From contig JASCQW010000072.1 of assembly GCA_030264375.1 (NCBI GenBank), forward strand, positions 81,633,150-81,697,149: 64,000 bases of DNA, read 5' to 3'. The notes beneath the pieces are model-generated. The model was not told the origin of the DNA and did not search any database. It saw only the letters and a program-made list of their open reading frames with translations. This document shows positions 49,476 to 62,747 of this stretch, one piece after another. The position numbers were made by a program, and so were the translations under genes. How positions within the stretch are numbered: the first letter of the stretch is position 1; every line of letters starts with the position of its first letter. The stretch comes from Carcharhinus longimanus. Its lineage: Eukaryota.

Positions 49476-50164
49476 AAGTGGACATTGTAGCAGAGATTAT
49501 TAATCCGACAGAAACAGTAGTTGTTACACAAGATAAATTCTTTTTGTCTGGGACACTAGTCAACATAGCAATCTGCCAATACAGGCTTCTAGCGCATAAC
49601 CTGTATTTACCATCATGCAGTGAAAACTCAAAGCTTCAGTAAAAGTTAGGCAGAATCCTTAAACATTAGGAAGGCAATGAATAACTCAAGTACAACTGGC
49701 AAAAAAAAAATTAATCAGATATTTCACAAGTTGCTCAAGATGACTCAGAGGATTGAACATTAGGCATAATAGTCCACATAATTTGGGTATTACTAAGGCC
49801 TCCAGCAGGATTTAGATTGACCAAGTCAAATTCTGTCATTATTACATTGTGCTGCAGAGGATTTATAAGCCTCTCTGCTACTTTCACCATTTTTCAATGT
49901 AAACCATTTTTTAACACTACCACAAACTAGTGGAGCAAGCCACTCAGTCCCTTAATGGTGCTCCTTTATTTAATAAGCTCATGGCTGATCCAAGTTCAAC
50001 ACTCTTTTGGAGGCAAAAAGATTGCGGATGCTGCATAAAAAAATTAGAATTAAGGTTAGGAGAGTTAATAGGTGGTAGGAGATTCAACTTGTAGCTAATA
50101 ACAGCATTATTGGCGATTCCAGGGCTTTGCTTTGATCTGTATGAGATTCTTAAATGTGGTAGTA

Positions 50165-50332
50165 TAGTGAGGGGGGGAGATGGTGGAATTGGGAGGAAGA
50201 GAGGGAGGGGAAGGAAGGACATAGGTGAAAGGAGGGAGAAGCAGGAAGGTGGTGAAAGGGGGAAGGGTAGTGAAAGGGGGAAGGGGAGGAAAACACAAGG
50301 GGAGGAAAGAGAGAGAGAGAGGAGAAGAAGAA
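50165..50332 (+). repeat. Purine-rich low-complexity tract
   Basis: Predominantly G/A; GTGAAAGGGGGAAGGG twice; (GA)n. Confidence 0.8.
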
Positions 50333-50469
50333 ACCTCTTGTGGGTGATGGAGTTACTGGCAGGAAGCTTGAAGAGCTATGAAAGAAGGAAGGCTCCCTTC
50401 CGAGCTAAATATGTGCAATTTGCAGCTGCGTTCAATGAACTGAACTTAGGCCCACTTTGTTTTGTGTCC

Positions 50470-50855
50470 CTTTGCTGATTTGGTTTTTGCTCTGGTTTCT
50501 TTCATATTTCCTTTATGTGTGTTCAGGTAGCAGCTTTCCTGCCATTTGCATCCCAACCTTCCATTACCATTCATTTTGGCCCCCACATGAAAAACAGCTT
50601 GTCATTTGATCTTTTCTGCCTTGCACCTTATCATAGAGCTTCAATTTTGTTCTTGCTACCACCGTGCTAAATCCTGCTGGAGACCTTATTGAAAACCTAT
50701 TGGATTTCTAACTTTTATCAAGTCTGAAGAAAATACTTCATCTGAAACTTTCAATTATTTTTCTCCCCACATAAGCTGCCAGAGCTAATGAGTATTTAGA
50801 GCACTTTCTGTTTTTATTTCTAATTCCCGCATTTGCAAATAATTTGCTCTTGTAT
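50470..50855 (+). mobile_element. PLE family-1 3' end, degenerate
   Basis: CTGAAGA..GAAAC remnant; CTCCCCACATAAGCTGCCAGAGC..TTTCTGTTTTTATTTC. Confidence 0.65.
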
Positions 50856-51444
50856 AGTTTGTAGAAACTACGGTTATTCCCGAGATTGATAAATCAATGC
50901 GAAGAAAAGGTGAATAATTCAGCAGAACTCATTAGCATAATTTGGTAATTCAGCTTTTTGCAGGTGCAAATCAAATTCCAAACAAACTGCAGTATGTTCA
51001 AGACATGAGGCTCATTTCCTGGAATAGACAAAAACAGTTTGCTCTGCCAAGCAATCACTCCATATGTGGAATAAAACACAAAAAAAACAGTCATTTCCCT
51101 AGCCATACCTACAAAACAGAATGAAAAATATTTGTTGATTGGACCAGAAAAATAAATAAGTTATTATTTATAATGCTGTTGACAGACATTTTACTCCTGG
51201 ATTTGCCCATTTGCCTGTTTGGATAAGTGCCTCTGTGCCACTCAAATAGCTGATGAAAGAACAGTTCTCTAAAGGGAGTCTTAAAACATCTTTTCAAACT
51301 CTTAGCCAATGCACAGAGATAAATAAATGCATTCCCAACACAATCCTTAGATGTACAAATATCTCCATGACACGGAGAATAGTTCTTCACCTTTAATTGT
51401 CCCACCTGCATATTCTTACAATGCTAGCAACAAAGATAAGCCTT

Positions 51445-51570
51445 GGGCAGGATTCTCCGGCCACACTCGCCTCAAAACCGAAGAATCCCGCCCAAGGTCA
51501 ATGGACCTTTGCATGGTCTACCCCCCACCTGCTACAATTCCTGCGGCAGGCGGGATGGGAGAATTCTGGC
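51445..51570. mobile_element. Harbinger-type MITE
   Basis: GGGCAGGATTCTCC / GGAGAATTCTGGC ends; same family as 6064-6190. Confidence 0.75.
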
Positions 51571-52404
51571 AGAAAATTGGAAATGATTAGGTTGAGTTGC
51601 ATCTTTCCTTCTTTATGAAATATCTCGATATTATTTCAGATTTGTACTCAGGAACTCATTCCAAAGTTGAATCGTTTCAAAATTAGTGATACTTGGTTTT
51701 GATTTAGAAGTAAAATAGAAAGATTAAACAATGCCATGGTTAAAGATTAATTTGCCACATAGTTTGTTGGCTATGTTTGCTAAATAACCATTCCTTTCCT
51801 CAGATGCCAACTTTCATTCATTCATCTCAAATTACTGAATTTGGTATTTCATCTTGTATTGGGAATTCTCATTAAGGTTTTTACTTGAGCCTAGTCTTGA
51901 AGACAGATTTTGCAACCTAAACATGACAAATACGGACAATTTCATAAGATACACCCTGAGGCATTTTCAGTTCAACAGAAATCTGTACTGCATTTACACA
52001 CATACTTCAAATGTCTTAGCTAGCTGTCATATTCTAAGAAACCAGCTGGAACAATTTCAGATCTCAATTAATTGAAGAAGAAGCCTATAGAAATATACTA
52101 ATCATACAGAAACAAAGGCAAATGTTCAAAGAATTCAGGTTTGCAATTAAGACAGCCAACCATACAATATTTGCACTGCTGTGCATGTTAATCTTCAATA
52201 TTAACATCCACAATATCAAAACATGCATCAAATTAGTTGGCATTTTATGTGCTGACCCTTTCCTGGACCTGAAAGCTACTGATTCTCTTGGCAAACAAAT
52301 TAACTCTTCAAACACTCCCAACCCGTATCAGAAAAATTCTGCTTTTTCCAAAATTAGCTCCGACTGAGGGCCAATTGATCACACAAACAACAAATCCCAG
52401 ACTT

Positions 52405-53395
52405 CCCAACCCACAGACTGCAATCAGTAAGGGGAGGCAACAACACCTCCTCCATGATCATCTACAACGCCACTGCCCCACAAGGCTGTGTCCTCAGCCC
52501 CTTACTATACTCCTTATACACCTGTGACTGTGTGGCCAAATTCCCCTCCAACTCCATTTTCAAGTTTGCTGATGACACCTCCATAGTGGGTCCAATTTCA
52601 AACAATAATAAGACAGAGTACAGAAAAGTGATAGAGAATCTGATGAACTGGTGCGACAACAATAATCTCTCCCTCAATGTCAACAAAACAAGAAGATAGT
52701 CATCAACTTCAGGAAGTGTAGTAGAGGACATGCTCCTGTCTACATCAATGGGGATAAAGTGGAAATGGTCGAGAGATTCAAGTTCTAGGTGTCTCAATCA
52801 CCAACAATCTGTCCTGGTCCCTGCAATCTGACACTATAGTTAAGAAAGTCCACCAATGTCTAAATATGAGGCTAAGGAAATTTGGCACGTTTGCTACGAC
52901 TCTCACCAACTTTTACAGATGCACCATAGGAAGCATTTTTGGGCTTTTTCACAGCTTGGTACGGCTTCTGCTCTGTCCAAGATCGCAAGAAATGACAAAG
53001 GGTCTTGACTGGAGCCCAGTCCACTGTGCAAACCAGCCTCCCATCTATTAACTCTGTCTACACATCCCGCTGCCTCAGAAATGCAGCCAGCATAATCAGG
53101 GACCCTATGCACCTGGACATACTCTCTTCCATCGGGAAAAAGATACAAAAGTCTGAGGTCACGTACCAGCTGACTCAAGAACACTTTCTTCCCTGCTGCC
53201 ATCAGACTTTTGAATGGGCCTATCTTGTATTAAGTTGATTTTTATTCACACCCTAGCTATGACTGTAACATTGCATTTTGTACCCTTCCCTTTCCTTCTC
53301 TATGTACAATATGCTTTGTCTGTACAGCATGCAGGAAACAATACTTTCTAACTGTATACTAATACATATGACAATAATAAATCAAACTAAATGCA
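52405..53395 (+). mobile_element. Rex1/Babar-like LINE, RT to 3' end
   Basis: APQGCVLSPLLYSLYT, FKFADDT, NLSLNVNKT, LRKFG..TLTNFYRCTI; tail ATGACAATAATAAATCAAA. Confidence 0.92.
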
Positions 53396-54289
53396 ATACT
53401 ACAGTTCCCTCTTCTTTTCATTCCACTGTTTGATTCATTCAACTAATGTACATTGTAAACAGCAGCTTATTTCGATATTAGTACCTTGATCTTCTGTTTC
53501 ACTTATCACCTTCCCCATTCGTCAGATATGGTCAGATACCTCTCTCACTTAGGCAGATAAAGGATACAAGAAGAGAGTCACCTCATCAACAGTGGATATC
53601 AAAACAATTATTCTTTCCTTTTTTTTTGCAAAGGCACAGCCAAGCTTGACATGTGAAAGAAAGGAGGAATAGCTTGGCATATCAAGTCGATTATTTTTAA
53701 ATCACCAAAGCTGATTAAACTATTAATTGTTTCATCCTTCTGCATAGCTGAGCAAAACCCACACTCCTATCAGTATCAGACTCTCCGCTTACTCCATCTT
53801 TCAATGCCCAGAGATCAATTGAGTCACTTGCAGCCAATCAGGGCCTTGACAATCTGCCAGCAGCATAGGAACTGCTTGGAGAAGTTGCCTGATTAACTCT
53901 GCTAGCCTCTCTTCTGACTCACTGGGTGAGGTGCAGGGGTGGGGTGGAGGGGGGGCTCCAATTACCACAGGGTAATTAGCAGGGATGGGCTCTCTGGCTG
54001 TCATGGCCACCTCCCAGCATTTCCCTCACCCCTGCTATGACAAACCCTCCCCTGGACCTGCCTGACTAGTCTGCTACCTAGACCCACTTCCCTGATTAGG
54101 AGGGAAGCCTACTTTGATACACCCTCACCTTCCAGACACAGTCCCAGCAGGTCCAGCTTCCCCTGGCACAGCTGAGGCTGCAAGGCTACCAGGCTTCTGA
54201 GTGGTTGGCTACTTCTGGCGGAGGGTGTGCTTCATTCTAAAACATGGCATCCCAATTGGCAATTAATTTGGAACCTGCCAGAGGTCTTT

Positions 54290-54460
54290 TAAAAAAACGT
54301 ACGCAGCATCCCAAATGGGACCTAACAAAGTTCAATGTAAATTTAACATAACCTCTCCACTTCTCACTCTTCTAAAAATAAACCTGAGTGCTTGATTTGA
54401 ATTTTTTATGGCCTTTTCAACCTGCATCGCTACTTTTAATGATTTGTGTATTTCTACTCC
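54290..54460 (-). mobile_element. CR1 fragment
   Basis: Reverse complement of the GVEIHKSLKVA.QVEKAIKK region of CR1 ORF2. Confidence 0.55.
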
Positions 54461-54469
54461 GAAGGGTAC

Positions 54470-56070
54470 TGAACTCTGTAATCAGCAAACATCCCCACCT
54501 CTGACTTGATGGAGGGAAGACCTTTGGTGAAGCAGCTAAAGATGGTTGGCCCTAGGATAGTATGTTGAAGAGCCCTGGCAATGAAGTCCTGGAGCCAAGA
54601 TGACTGACCACCAATAATTTTGTGCTAGGTAGAACTCTAACCCGCAGGGAGTTTTCCATGATATCCACTGACTTCAATTTTGCCAGGGCTCTCCAATGTC
54701 ACTCTTGGTTGAATGCTGTTGTGATGTTAAGGTCAGGCACTCATACCTCACCTGTTGAGTTCAGCTCTTTTGTTCATATTTTAACCAAGGCAATATTGAG
54801 ATTATGAGGTGAGCAGTCCCCAATCCAAACTGAGCATCTGTAAGCAAGTTATTGCTGAGTAAATGCAGCTTGACAGCACTGTTGATGATCCCTTCCATCA
54901 CTTTGCTGATGATTGTGAGGAGACTGATGAACTAGTAATTGGACAGGTTGGATTTGGCTTACTTTTTGTGGACAGGCAATACCTGGTCAATTTTCCACTT
55001 TGGCAGCTACAGGCCAGTATTGGAGCTGTACAGGAACTCGTTGGCTAGGAAATGAGAATTTTGGGCCTCAAGTCTTCAGGACTGCTGGGATGTTGTCAGA
55101 GCCCATAGTCTTTGGTTGTCAGGGCCCAGAGTCTAGTGCCTTCAGCCATTTCTTTATATCACACAGAGTGAATCTAATTGGCTGAAAATTGTCATCTGTG
55201 ATGCTGGGGACTTCAGAGGCTAAAACAGATCATCCACTCTGCAATTCTGGCTGAAGGTTGTTGTAAATGCTTCAGCCTGATCATTGGCACTGATGTTACC
55301 GGCTTCACATCATGTAGGGTGGGGATATTTGTGGAATCTCTAACTCCAGTTAGTTGTTTGATTGTCCACTATTATTCATGACTTGATGTGGCAAGACTGC
55401 TGAACTTTGATCTGATCTGTTGTTTGTGATATCACCTAACACTATCAATCACGTGCTGATTCTGTCGTTTGGCCTGTGTTAAAGGTTCACCAAGTTGGCA
55501 CCTCATTTTGAGGCTTGCCATGTGCTTCTTCTAGCATGCTTACCCACACATCATTGAACAAGGGTTGGTTCCCAGCTTGTTGTCAATGGGAGACTGAAGG
55601 GTATGCCTGCTAACGAGATTGCAGAGTATGGTTGAATACAGTTCTGCAGCTGCAAATGACCATATGCCTCACTGACACCCAATAGTAAGCTGCTAGATCT
55701 GTTCTAAATTATACAATTTGATATGTGGTTGTGCCACACAACATGATGGATGGCATCCACACTGTGAAGAAGGGACCAATACTGGACAGATACATTTGCG
55801 ACCGATCGTTTTGTAATCATTTGCTTTTCCTTCTCGTTGGTTCCCTCACCATCACCAGCAGGCCCAGTCTGGGAGACATGCCCTTCAGGACTCAGCCAGC
55901 TGATTCAGTAGTGGAGGCAACAAGTCACTCTTGATGAATTCCCCCACCCAGAGTACATTCTGTATCCTTGTTACCCTAAAGAGCTCCTTCCAAATGGTGT
56001 TCGATATGGGGGAGCACTGATCCATCAGCTGAGAGGGGGTGGTAGGTGGTAATCAGCAGGAGGTCTGCAC
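54470..56070 (-). mobile_element. CR1/L2-group LINE family 2 (endonuclease through RT), degenerate
   Basis: Reverse complement LLLITTYHPLSADGSVLPHIEHHLE (endonuclease) and LGPTIFSCF..EVGMFAD (RT). Confidence 0.85.
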
Positions 56071-56459
56071 TTTATTTAAAAAAAAGGCAGAAACTACTCT
56101 AATCAAAGAAAATGTGAAATTTCATTTGGAAAAACCAAATAAAAAGCTATCGAATCAGCTGCAAGATAATGCAGGCAAGGTTAAAAAAGCTATACTTGAA
56201 GGGAGAAGGAATCTTCCCTAGTCAGTTTCACCTACAACTTCACTTGAGAGTTGATATCTTGGTAATCTAGCACCAAGCGATCTTGTAGCTTATTCTGAAT
56301 CCTGTGCTTTTACCTGATTTCCCCTCCGGCTACAGCATAAACTTAGCCAAGATACCATAGGCCTCCAACAAAAAAGACAAATAATTCCAACTTGCATTCG
56401 CGTTATGTTTTCCTCTTTTGTATTTGTTCTTTGTGTGCGTGATAGTTTATGTGACATTT

Positions 56460-56712
56460 GGCAGGATTCTGTGCCCGATAGCAATATGGGCACAAATTCC
56501 TGCACGAATCAGAAAATGAGAATCACATTGGCGAGTCTCCCCCCCACCCCCATCTGACACACATTGGCGAATCTCTCTCCTGCTGCCCCGAACACAGGAT
56601 TCACAGCATTGCCGGCTTTTTCTGGCCGCACATACCATGCCCATGTGATAGTGTGGACCTGCATATTTCCTTTGCCCCAAGTGCTGAATTATTTGGCAAG
56701 AAATGCCAGCAG
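56460..56712. mobile_element. Harbinger-type element, degenerate
   Basis: GGCAGGATTCT start, AAATGCCAGC end; GC-rich. Confidence 0.4.
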
Positions 56713-57034
56713 CGCAACCAATAAGCTGTGCATCAATTCTCTCACTCAGCCAGCTCTGTACAAAAATTAGAAAAATTCCATCTGTTATTTCAAAACCTCT
56801 GGGGCAAGAGTGTGATAATAAATAACCATTTTTATTTTTTAAATGCATAAGCTTGTTCTATTTTAATTGGAACAAAAACACACACTAACCTCACGTATAA
56901 AAACAAACTTTGATCACAAACAACAATAAACACACAAGCATTGCCTGTGACACCACAGAGGAATTGTAATGCAGGCCAATGGATATTTTTTTCTGACTAT
57001 TCCAAGACTGATCTCACAGATACAACATTTAACT

Positions 57035-57390
57035 GGTATTCGTACATCACGGAATCATTTCAACACAGGAGGTCTATGGCTCATCGCGTCTGCACTAGTT
57101 CTCCAAATGAGCATCATGACCTAGTGCCATTTGCCTGTCTTTTCCCAGCACATTGTTTCTATTCAATTGATCATCTATTGTCCTCTTGAATGCCTCAATT
57201 GGACCTCCTTCCACCACACTTCCAGGCAGTGCATTTCAGGCCCAAACCATCTGTTGTGTAAAAGGTTTTTGTCTCACATTTGTTTCTTCTGAAATATCAC
57301 TTAAATCTGCGCCCTGCCCTCTTCTTCCTGCTCCTTTTATGAGCGGGAAGAGTTTATACCTATCTACTCTGTCTGGGCCCCTCGGATTTC
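57035..57390 (-). mobile_element. CR1 3' end
   Basis: TTGAATGCCTCAATT..CCACCACACTTCCAGGCAGTGCATTTCAG..TGTGTAAAAGG..TATCTACTCTGTC. Confidence 0.75.
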
Positions 57391-57460
57391 TTGATTAATA
57401 ATCCTTTCACTGGTTTCTAGGTATGATTTTAACAATTTCCTTTTTGAGCTTCCACTTTTA

Positions 57461-58111
57461 GGCTGGGATTTTCCACTCCCATTTACATCGGGCAGGTTCG
57501 GCAATGGGAGCAGAAAACATCATGAGGAGGCCAGTCACATTTCACAACGATGTAAATGTAGGAAGTAATTGTCCCCACCTCCCCTCGCCATCAATGGCAG
57601 GCCACTTGTTCACAGTTCATTATTGGAATCCTCATTGTAATAGGTTATCATATAATTATCAGGCCTACATGTCAGAATCATATTCCACTTCAAAAATCTC
57701 CATCCAAGGTAGCATGATGTCAGAATATGAAGCACAACTGGTTTCTGAAGCAGGCACCTACGGGGTAGCACCCCCAGGGGAGATCGGAGGCAAGTGCAGC
57801 AACAAGGGGAGAGGGTTGCACCAGGGCAATGCCAGGGTTGTGCCAGCAGGGATGCACCTGGATGAAGATTGTTTCCTGGTTTACTAGCCTTTAAAATTGG
57901 TGCCCGGATCATTTAGTTGCAGATTTGATGTAGCGGGACAGGTGAATCAGAGGCCATCCGCCAGCAATACATTGTGGAACCCATGATTGCAACCTCTTTC
58001 TTCTAAATCTTGTACTATATTATGTAAAAAGTTGACATTGCCATCAGCTGGCTCAACATCGCATTTCCCGCTTGACATCAGCCTTTGCCCTTTTCATAGA
58101 AAATCTAGCCC
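57461..58111. mobile_element. Harbinger-type non-autonomous element with TTA TSD
   Basis: GGCTGGGATTTTC / GAAAATCTAGCCC; TTA at 57458-60 and 58112-14. Confidence 0.7.
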
Positions 58112-58505
58112 TTAGATTCTTTTCCTCTATCTTCTCCATTTTCCCTCACTCCTCAGTTCATTAAATCATCACCATGCATCTCTCTGATTTGGCAATGGGC
58201 TGTATAGGAAGTCAATAATAGAGTGAATTCTAAGTTTCTCTGTTCAGTAATTCTCCTTGATTCTTTTTTCAGTCAGGCAAGTTCAAAACACCAAGAAAGT
58301 GCTGAAAAGTCAAATAGCAGAGTAATCTGCAGTGGCACAGCTTGAGGTGCAAGGGCAGAAAAGGTAGCATGCTTGATGGCTGTTTTCCAGGCTGAAAAAA
58401 ATTCTTTCCACTTCTGGAGTACCCATTTGACCTTTCTGCTTTGTAATGGAGAGGTACTTTCATTTAAGTTTTGATAGCCCTAATGACCAATTTGAGTACA
58501 TTCAT

Positions 58506-59196
58506 TAGTGTTGCCAACTCCCATTTTTGACTGGAACTTCGTGACCATTGCTACCTGCAACTCAGGAGAAAAATTTCTTTGGAAATTACCTTCCTTTTGT
58601 TGTATATTATTTGATTTTGGCAGAGAATAGAGCAGATTTTCATTTTAAATAAGGCACAGCATATTATTTGCTGCATTTCCAGTAACTTGTATTTTGGTTG
58701 AGTCGGAGCAGCTGCTTGGGTGTGTCAATTGTCAATTCCTGAAACAACTTCAGCATCTGTTAGGACTAAGATGAAATTAGAAGTGAGAGAATCTGAGCCA
58801 GGAGTGACTGCAACTTCTTGAATGTAAAGAAAAACATCACCTTGTCGTGACAGACAGCGACAACTCTGTTCTTCTAAGTGTGACTTAGCAATCCATAAAG
58901 TTAAGTTGGATGTCCTGACCACTGCTACAAGCAAAAAAAACCCCACAGGAAACATCATTGGGATAATAGGAAATGTCTTATTTTAATTCTCTTTGAACAA
59001 TTTTAATTGTTATTAAAATATTGGCAATGAAGAAAAGAGACTGTTTGATTTACTAATTCTTGACTGCCAATTGGGTAATGCTGAATCTATTTGCCTTCTG
59101 ATTGGCTGGGTAAGATGAGGTACCCAGCCTGAATGTGTTGGGCAGCCAATGGTGGCAGTTAGTCATGTGACAAAACCTTCCTGGTTGGGAAGCCTA
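58506..59196. mobile_element. hAT-type non-autonomous element
   Basis: TIRs TAGTGTTGCCAAC / GTTGGGAAGCCTA (10/13); 8-bp flanks ACATTCAT / AGGTTCAT (6/8). Confidence 0.55.
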
Positions 59197-59384
59197 AGGT
59201 TCATGCTTGTAGGTGACATTAGGCCTTCATGCCCTGCACCCAGTAATACCAACTACATTAACACTGCACCTCATAATGCATCTGGCTATTAGGCAGTTAC
59301 TGCATCAAAACAATTCTTTACACAAGAAAATTTTAGTTTTAAAATACTTACTGCAATGTTGATTAGTTCTGAAGGAAAGCAGCT

Positions 59385-59420
59385 GTGTGTGTGTGTGTGT
59401 GTGTGTGTGAGTGTGTGTGT
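59385..59420. repeat. (GT)n microsatellite
   Basis: ~17 TG units with one interruption. Confidence 0.95.
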
Positions 59421-59974
59421 ATATCTAGTTAGACATGGGTTTCAGTCACAAATGCAGTGTATTACAGCAAAATATAAATGGTGAAGAATTGCAACAAAAT
59501 AAGCAATAACAGTATCGATTTTCTGGAAAGATATTCTATAATACTGCATGGAGTGATCCATCCAAAGAGTTATTCACATTAGATTGCAGTATTTTAGAGA
59601 GGATCCACACTCGTTCTCCAAATTTCCACATGGATTCTCCTAATCTCCTATCATAACCTGTTGGGAGATCGAACGATTCCTCTGAGAAATAACACAATGG
59701 CTGAAAATGTCTATTTTCAGTTGTTTGTGTTTTTCCAAAATCTCATCTTTTATAAAAACACAAGTAAACAGCAAGGTAGAAAGTGTCATCCTCCCACCCT
59801 ACAACCACCACGCCCCCATCCGCCCCAAATGGAACAAACTAACCACGGTAAAATCTCTGAGGTAAAGACAAAGATGAACATTTCTCTCAGCCTGTATGGG
59901 GACAATCACACCAAAACAGCAATCCAACAGTAAAAACCACCTTGTTCCAGCCAGTCTTTCTGCATCCCGTGAAC

Positions 59975-60085
59975 AAAGCCCAGTCCATCTGCAAACCAGC
60001 CTCCTATCCATTGGCTCTGTCTGCACTTCCCAATGCCTCGGAAAAGCAGCCAGCATAATAAAGGACCCCACGCAGCCGGACATTC
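59975..60085 (+). mobile_element. Rex1-like LINE fragment
   Basis: QTSLLSIGSVCTSQCLGKAASIIKDPT matches 14400-14480 and 53020-53110. Confidence 0.8.
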
Positions 60086-60459
60086 TGACTGAAATTCTCC
60101 CAAAAAATATTCCAAGTGTTGAATTTGCATGAAAACTGGAGTAATTCACACCGGTTTTCTCAGTTGGAGTTCAGAGAAGAATCTTCCACACTCTATGCAA
60201 TGCCTATTCCCTCCTAAAAGGTTGGCAGCATAGCACTGAGTAGGCCACTGCACATGCGCCAATCTGTCAGCGCCAGGATTGGCGCATGCGCAGTGGCCCC
60301 TCTGTGCTGGCAAGCTCGGTCGCCGGCCCTCCGGCCCTCCATGGGACAATCACTGGCCCCCTGACCATTCCCAGACCAGTCCCAAAAATCCCCTCCTGGC
60401 CTGTCCTGATCTCCAGCCTCATCCCGCCATTTCCCGGCCCCCCCCCCCCGTGGCCCCCC
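60086..60459 (+). mobile_element. Harbinger-type long element running into gap 60460-61121
   Basis: GACTGAAATTCTCCCAAAAAATATTCCAAGTGTTGAATTTG; internal palindrome CACTGCACATGCGCCAATC / GATTGGCGCATGCGCAGTG. Confidence 0.7.
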
Positions 60460-61244
60460 NNNNNNNNNNNNNNNNNNNNNNNNNNNNNNNNNNNNNNNNN
60501 NNNNNNNNNNNNNNNNNNNNNNNNNNNNNNNNNNNNNNNNNNNNNNNNNNNNNNNNNNNNNNNNNNNNNNNNNNNNNNNNNNNNNNNNNNNNNNNNNNNN
60601 NNNNNNNNNNNNNNNNNNNNNNNNNNNNNNNNNNNNNNNNNNNNNNNNNNNNNNNNNNNNNNNNNNNNNNNNNNNNNNNNNNNNNNNNNNNNNNNNNNNN
60701 NNNNNNNNNNNNNNNNNNNNNNNNNNNNNNNNNNNNNNNNNNNNNNNNNNNNNNNNNNNNNNNNNNNNNNNNNNNNNNNNNNNNNNNNNNNNNNNNNNNN
60801 NNNNNNNNNNNNNNNNNNNNNNNNNNNNNNNNNNNNNNNNNNNNNNNNNNNNNNNNNNNNNNNNNNNNNNNNNNNNNNNNNNNNNNNNNNNNNNNNNNNN
60901 NNNNNNNNNNNNNNNNNNNNNNNNNNNNNNNNNNNNNNNNNNNNNNNNNNNNNNNNNNNNNNNNNNNNNNNNNNNNNNNNNNNNNNNNNNNNNNNNNNNN
61001 NNNNNNNNNNNNNNNNNNNNNNNNNNNNNNNNNNNNNNNNNNNNNNNNNNNNNNNNNNNNNNNNNNNNNNNNNNNNNNNNNNNNNNNNNNNNNNNNNNNN
61101 NNNNNNNNNNNNNNNNNNNNNGACTCATGTAGGTGGCAATTTTGGACACAGCTCTGAATTCCAAATCTCACGGGACTGATAGTGCAGTTGGTCAACTGTC
61201 ATCAAGATTTTATTTATTTTTTAAAATTGCAACAGTTAGCAGAC

Positions 61245-61555
61245 ATTCCCCTAATGTTCTGGGACCCGGTTCGAATCCCACCACCAGATGGTGGAATTTG
61301 AATTCAGTAAAAAAAATCTGGATGTAATATTGACTGAAGAACATGATACCATTGTTGATTGTTGGAAAAACCCACCTGGTTCACTAGTGTCCTTTAGGGA
61401 AGGAAATCTGCCGTTCTTATCCAGTCTGGCCTCCATGTGATTCCAGAGCCACAGCAATGTGGTTGGCTCTCAACTGCTCTCCAAGGGCAACTAGGGATGG
61501 GCAATAAATGTTGGCTAGCCAACGGTGCCCATGTCCCATGAAGGAATAAAAAAAA
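61245..61555 (+). mobile_element. tRNA-headed SINE family 3
   Basis: B box GGTTCGAATCC 61268-78; tail CAAGGGCAACTAGGGATGGGCAATAAATG..CCCATGAAGGAATAAAAAA. Confidence 0.75.
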
Positions 61556-62747
61556 TCTTCTTTGGCTTTGGTTAGAAGCAAATCTCAGCAAAGACCCATT
61601 TCTCCTGGAGTTGTAAAATTCATGGCACCAGATTTGCTTCCAACACTAGATGGAGAACAGGAGTGAGCGTGGGCCATGGGGCCAATATGGTGCTGCTATC
61701 AAGCCCTATGCTGGATGAGAAAACTGCCTTAAGGGTCTCAGGGGTGAGAGCGCTTAGTCTGGCCTTACAGTTCAACATCACTAACCAATAACTAAAAAGT
61801 TAATTAATGCATGTCAGGCAAGGGTAAATTCAGGCATATCTGAAATCTCGTGAAATCAAACAAAACTTGACTCCACTGACTAAAAACACAATAATGAATT
61901 ATCTTAAAATGCAGTGACTCATGTTAGTAAGCATAGTAGCCATTATGCACACAGAACTATTCTCCAAACCCCCAGATGCATGACTAACTTGTAAAGCCAA
62001 ATAGCCGATCTCACTTATTGTTGAGGTTCACAAGTGGAAGCAGGCCACTTGAGTGAGATTGCTCATCAGAACTTAGCTTGAATATACTGTGTGTATATAA
62101 ATAAATAAGCTACTTGCAAACAATAAATCACGTTGAATTAAGGTCACAAAGCACTACATGTATTTCCTAGTAGTGTTCAAACTAAAGCTCAACTCTTAGC
62201 CTAACAAATCAACCTGTTACACCACAAGCTATTTCTGCATTTAAAAATACAGGTTGCAGTTAATTGTGGTCAACAGTTGAGAAATTGAACTGCTCGTGTG
62301 GCATTCCTCAGTCTGCACGTCACCAGGAAGCATAAATTAATTCGAAGTGAACCAGGAAATCTTAGAAAAATACAGAGGAACACAAGGCAAACAAGTTAAA
62401 CATGCATCTGTTATTCTCAGCAAAGGTTATTTCGAGCACATCTTGCTCTTTTGATCTTCGACAGATTCTATTTCCTTCTACTAAAAGTCAAAGTCAACTC
62501 ACACTGTAGCCACTTAAAAAAGTAGCTTGTAAGAACAGACAATCTGGGGTTCCCACTTGAACTCATCTATCTCCAATCTGGTTGGGTTCAACTTATACGA
62601 TTGATTTAGTAATACCATTTCTTACTGCTCCTGTGGATGTTCCAAAATAGAAAGTTTTCTCTTGCTTCTATCATTGAGCGTAACTTCTCCAAACAATTCA
62701 GCATTACTATGAAACCATTTATTCTGTGACACCCCGATCAACTATTT

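Noticed and set aside
60214-61195. Longest ORFs in the track (258-316 aa)
   Set aside because: They are open only because they span 662 N.
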